The notes under the pieces were generated by a model that saw only the letters and a list, made by a program, of their open reading frames with translations, did not search any database and was not told the DNA's origin. Of a DNA stretch of 64,000 nucleotides, positions 61,679 through 64,000 are shown piece after piece. Location: positions 6,943,360-7,007,359 of the forward strand of contig NC_043019.1 of assembly GCF_006345805.1 (NCBI RefSeq). Direction: 5' to 3'. Position 1 is the stretch's first letter. Every line of letters begins with the position of its first letter. The position numbers and the translations under genes were made by a program. This DNA comes from Octopus sinensis (taxonomy: Eukaryota).

Positions 61679-62636
61679 ATAAATATATTATACTTTAAGA
61701 AGTAAATTATTAGCAGTGACTTCAAAGTTTTCCGTTTCTATAATCGACGGGCCGAAAATTAGAAGTCCAATATTCTACTTAGACTTTTCTGGACCGATAA
61801 AATAAAGCCCCAATGACGTACCGGAGTAGATGTAATTAGCTAAAACTGCTTGTTTTATCTTAAAATGTTAATTATTTTTTTATAGGCCTCCTCGCTATCT
61901 ACGACATCAGTGCGTGAAATAGCACCAAAATCTTATGCATTGTTGACGGAGATTCAGTTGCCATGTTGCAACAGAACGTCTCCCACTGATGAGCGGAAAA
62001 ACAGAGCGAACTCACGTGATCTGGCAGTTCCATCTGCTGTAGCAGACGACTCTCAACTGTGAAGTTATGATCGCTCTTCAGGTGTCAGTGAAGTGGTTCC
62101 GGTGACGAAATATTTAGCAGTTCTGGAGTAACGGTGGTGCAGGTGGTAATGCTGGTACTTCAGTGGTGCTTTGTTTTATAGAACACGAAAGAATATAAGA
62201 ATAGTACCCACAGTGAGATTTTGTGGGCACGAAGCAAAGCAGGTCTTGCCGTCCACTCAAGGAAATCCATAGAAAAAAATCCAGAGGTACTCGAGCAAAG
62301 TGAATCCTGAACTTGTTCCATTAATCAAAAGGTTTGCATGGCATCTGCAGGTCCCAAGAGACACATTCATTTCCATAGAAAATGAATACCTGTTTTATTT
62401 TACTGACATCTATGTTGTCGTTCACGATGAGAGAATCTATCATTTATATTTGCTTCTCAAGATAAAGCCCGACGGAAAATGTACACGAAACCAGATGCAT
62501 ATTTGCAGTAAAATACGGGATGGTCACGGTTGGGAAATTTTTTCATAGGTCCCATTAATAAGAGCTGATTTAGTGTTACATAACAACAACGGCTGTAATA
62601 ATTACAATACGTACTTACTTATCTCTTAGCATCTAA

Positions 62637-62860
62637 AAGGCGGCGAGCTGGCAAGGACGTTAGCACGCTGGGCTAAATGCTTAGCGGTTGATCGTCTTCC
62701 TTTACGTTCTGAGTTCCAATTCCGCCGTGGTAGGCTTTGCTTTTTATTTTTTCGGCGTCGATAAATTATGTACCAGTTGCGTACTGGAGTCGATCTAATC
62801 GACTAGCCCCATCCCTACAAATTTCGGGCATTTTGGTTGGAGTAGAAAAGATAATCTCTT
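62637..62860 (+). mobile_element. SINE family A
   Basis: AAGGCGGCGAGCTGGCAAGGACGTTAGCACG...GAGTTCCAATTCCGCCG...GTCGATAAATTATGTACCAG. Confidence 0.9.
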
Positions 62861-63279
62861 AGCATCTATAAACGTCTGAGTAACAACCCCATCATTGCTC
62901 ACACTATTCCCCTTCAAAGTTACCAACCAACATGGCTGCCCAGCACACCAATGAATCTTATTTGATTTCGAGAATCTCTGTTTATGTTCTAGTATGTGTC
63001 TGTTCCCTTCTTTTTCTAAGTACGAATGTATCTACGCATGAATGTAAGAACCAAGTCATATACATATAGGTGTATATTTGTGTATAAGCCTGTATCTGAG
63101 TTGGTATGCGCATTTATCTATGCATGTATATGTGGAAACATGTGTGTGTGTAGGTATGTGTCTGTTTTGATTGATTGATGCACGTCTTCTAGTCTGTCTG
63201 TAGGAAAGTAGTATATTTATCAACTTACATACCTCTGCGCATCACCATGCTAAATAACACATGCATATACATTACATAC

Positions 63280-63325
63280 CAGTACCCACGTACACACTAC
63301 ACACACTGTACGTATATATATATAG

Positions 63326-63362
<37 letters not shown>

Positions 63363-63601
63363 CATACGAACATATACATACATACATATATATATAGATA
63401 TATATATATTATACATATAATATATATAATATATATATAATATATATATATAATATATATATATATATATACGTACATATATAGTATATATATTACAATT
63501 ATATATAATATATATATCTGTGTGTATTTATAGAAAAAAATATATTCGTAAAATCTTCTCATGTGTTCATATATATTATATATATATATACATACATACA
63601 T

Positions 63602-63655
<54 letters not shown>

Positions 63656-63930
63656 GCATGTAGGTATACATATATACATACATATGTATATATATCTATG
63701 TCTGTGTGTATATGTGTGTGTATATATATTATTATTAATATATATATATATATATATCAATACATACAAACGTAACATAATGTGGGTACGTATTATGTAT
63801 ACAGAAAATATACGTTGTGGTGTGTGTGTGTGTGTGTGTGTGGTGTGTGTGTGTGTGGGTGTTTGTGTGTGTGTGTGTGTGTACTCTGTGTGCATGTATG
63901 TATGCATACATGTGTGTGTATGTGTGTGGT
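63280..63930. repeat. (TA)n/(TG)n microsatellite field
   Basis: Read directly from the sequence. Confidence 0.96.
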
Positions 63931-64000
63931 TTTTGTGTTGAATACACGTAACACTGTTTCTATTGATCACCCTCCAGGGAGAAGATTATATGTATCGCTT

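Noticed and set aside
61986-62015. CTGATGAGC...GCGAAC as a hammerhead
   Set aside because: Only a 2-bp stem II, GAAC instead of GAAA, and no stem I or III or NUH site

Overview
Eukaryotic, AT-rich, repeat-dominated DNA, most likely from an octopus (coleoid cephalopod) genome. This is inferred from the SINE families and the extreme microsatellite load. Nearly all listed ORFs are translations of (TA)n, (TATC)n, (TACA)n, (AAT)n, (GAT)n or (ACC)n tracts and are not genes. Well-supported elements are: a nearly full ORF2 CR1-group LINE inside a (TA)n tract (54.5-57.7 kb), a second CR1-type 3' fragment, RTE fragments, R4/Dong-like RLE fragments abutting trinucleotide arrays, an internally deleted mariner with both TIRs, a complete 395-bp non-autonomous Helitron, MITEs, and about 30 copies of at least four tRNA-derived SINE families. 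One SINE family shares its 3' tail with the CR1 LINEs. No complete host gene can be reconstructed. Several unique islands hold candidate exons, mostly on the minus strand (one PTB-like, one with a GPCR TM6-like WLPF motif), and one 450-bp plus-strand ORF encodes a signal-peptide-like segment. The most interesting signals are hammerhead-ribozyme motifs in small non-coding repeats: an intact minimal type I core at 25.93 kb, relics at 38.2 and 38.5 kb, and a permuted hammerhead-like motif at the junction of an 834-bp unit bounded by near-identical 210-bp direct repeats (50.1-51.15 kb), i.e. a retrozyme or Penelope pLTR-like structure. Repeat boundaries were read by eye and are approximate unless motif positions are given.
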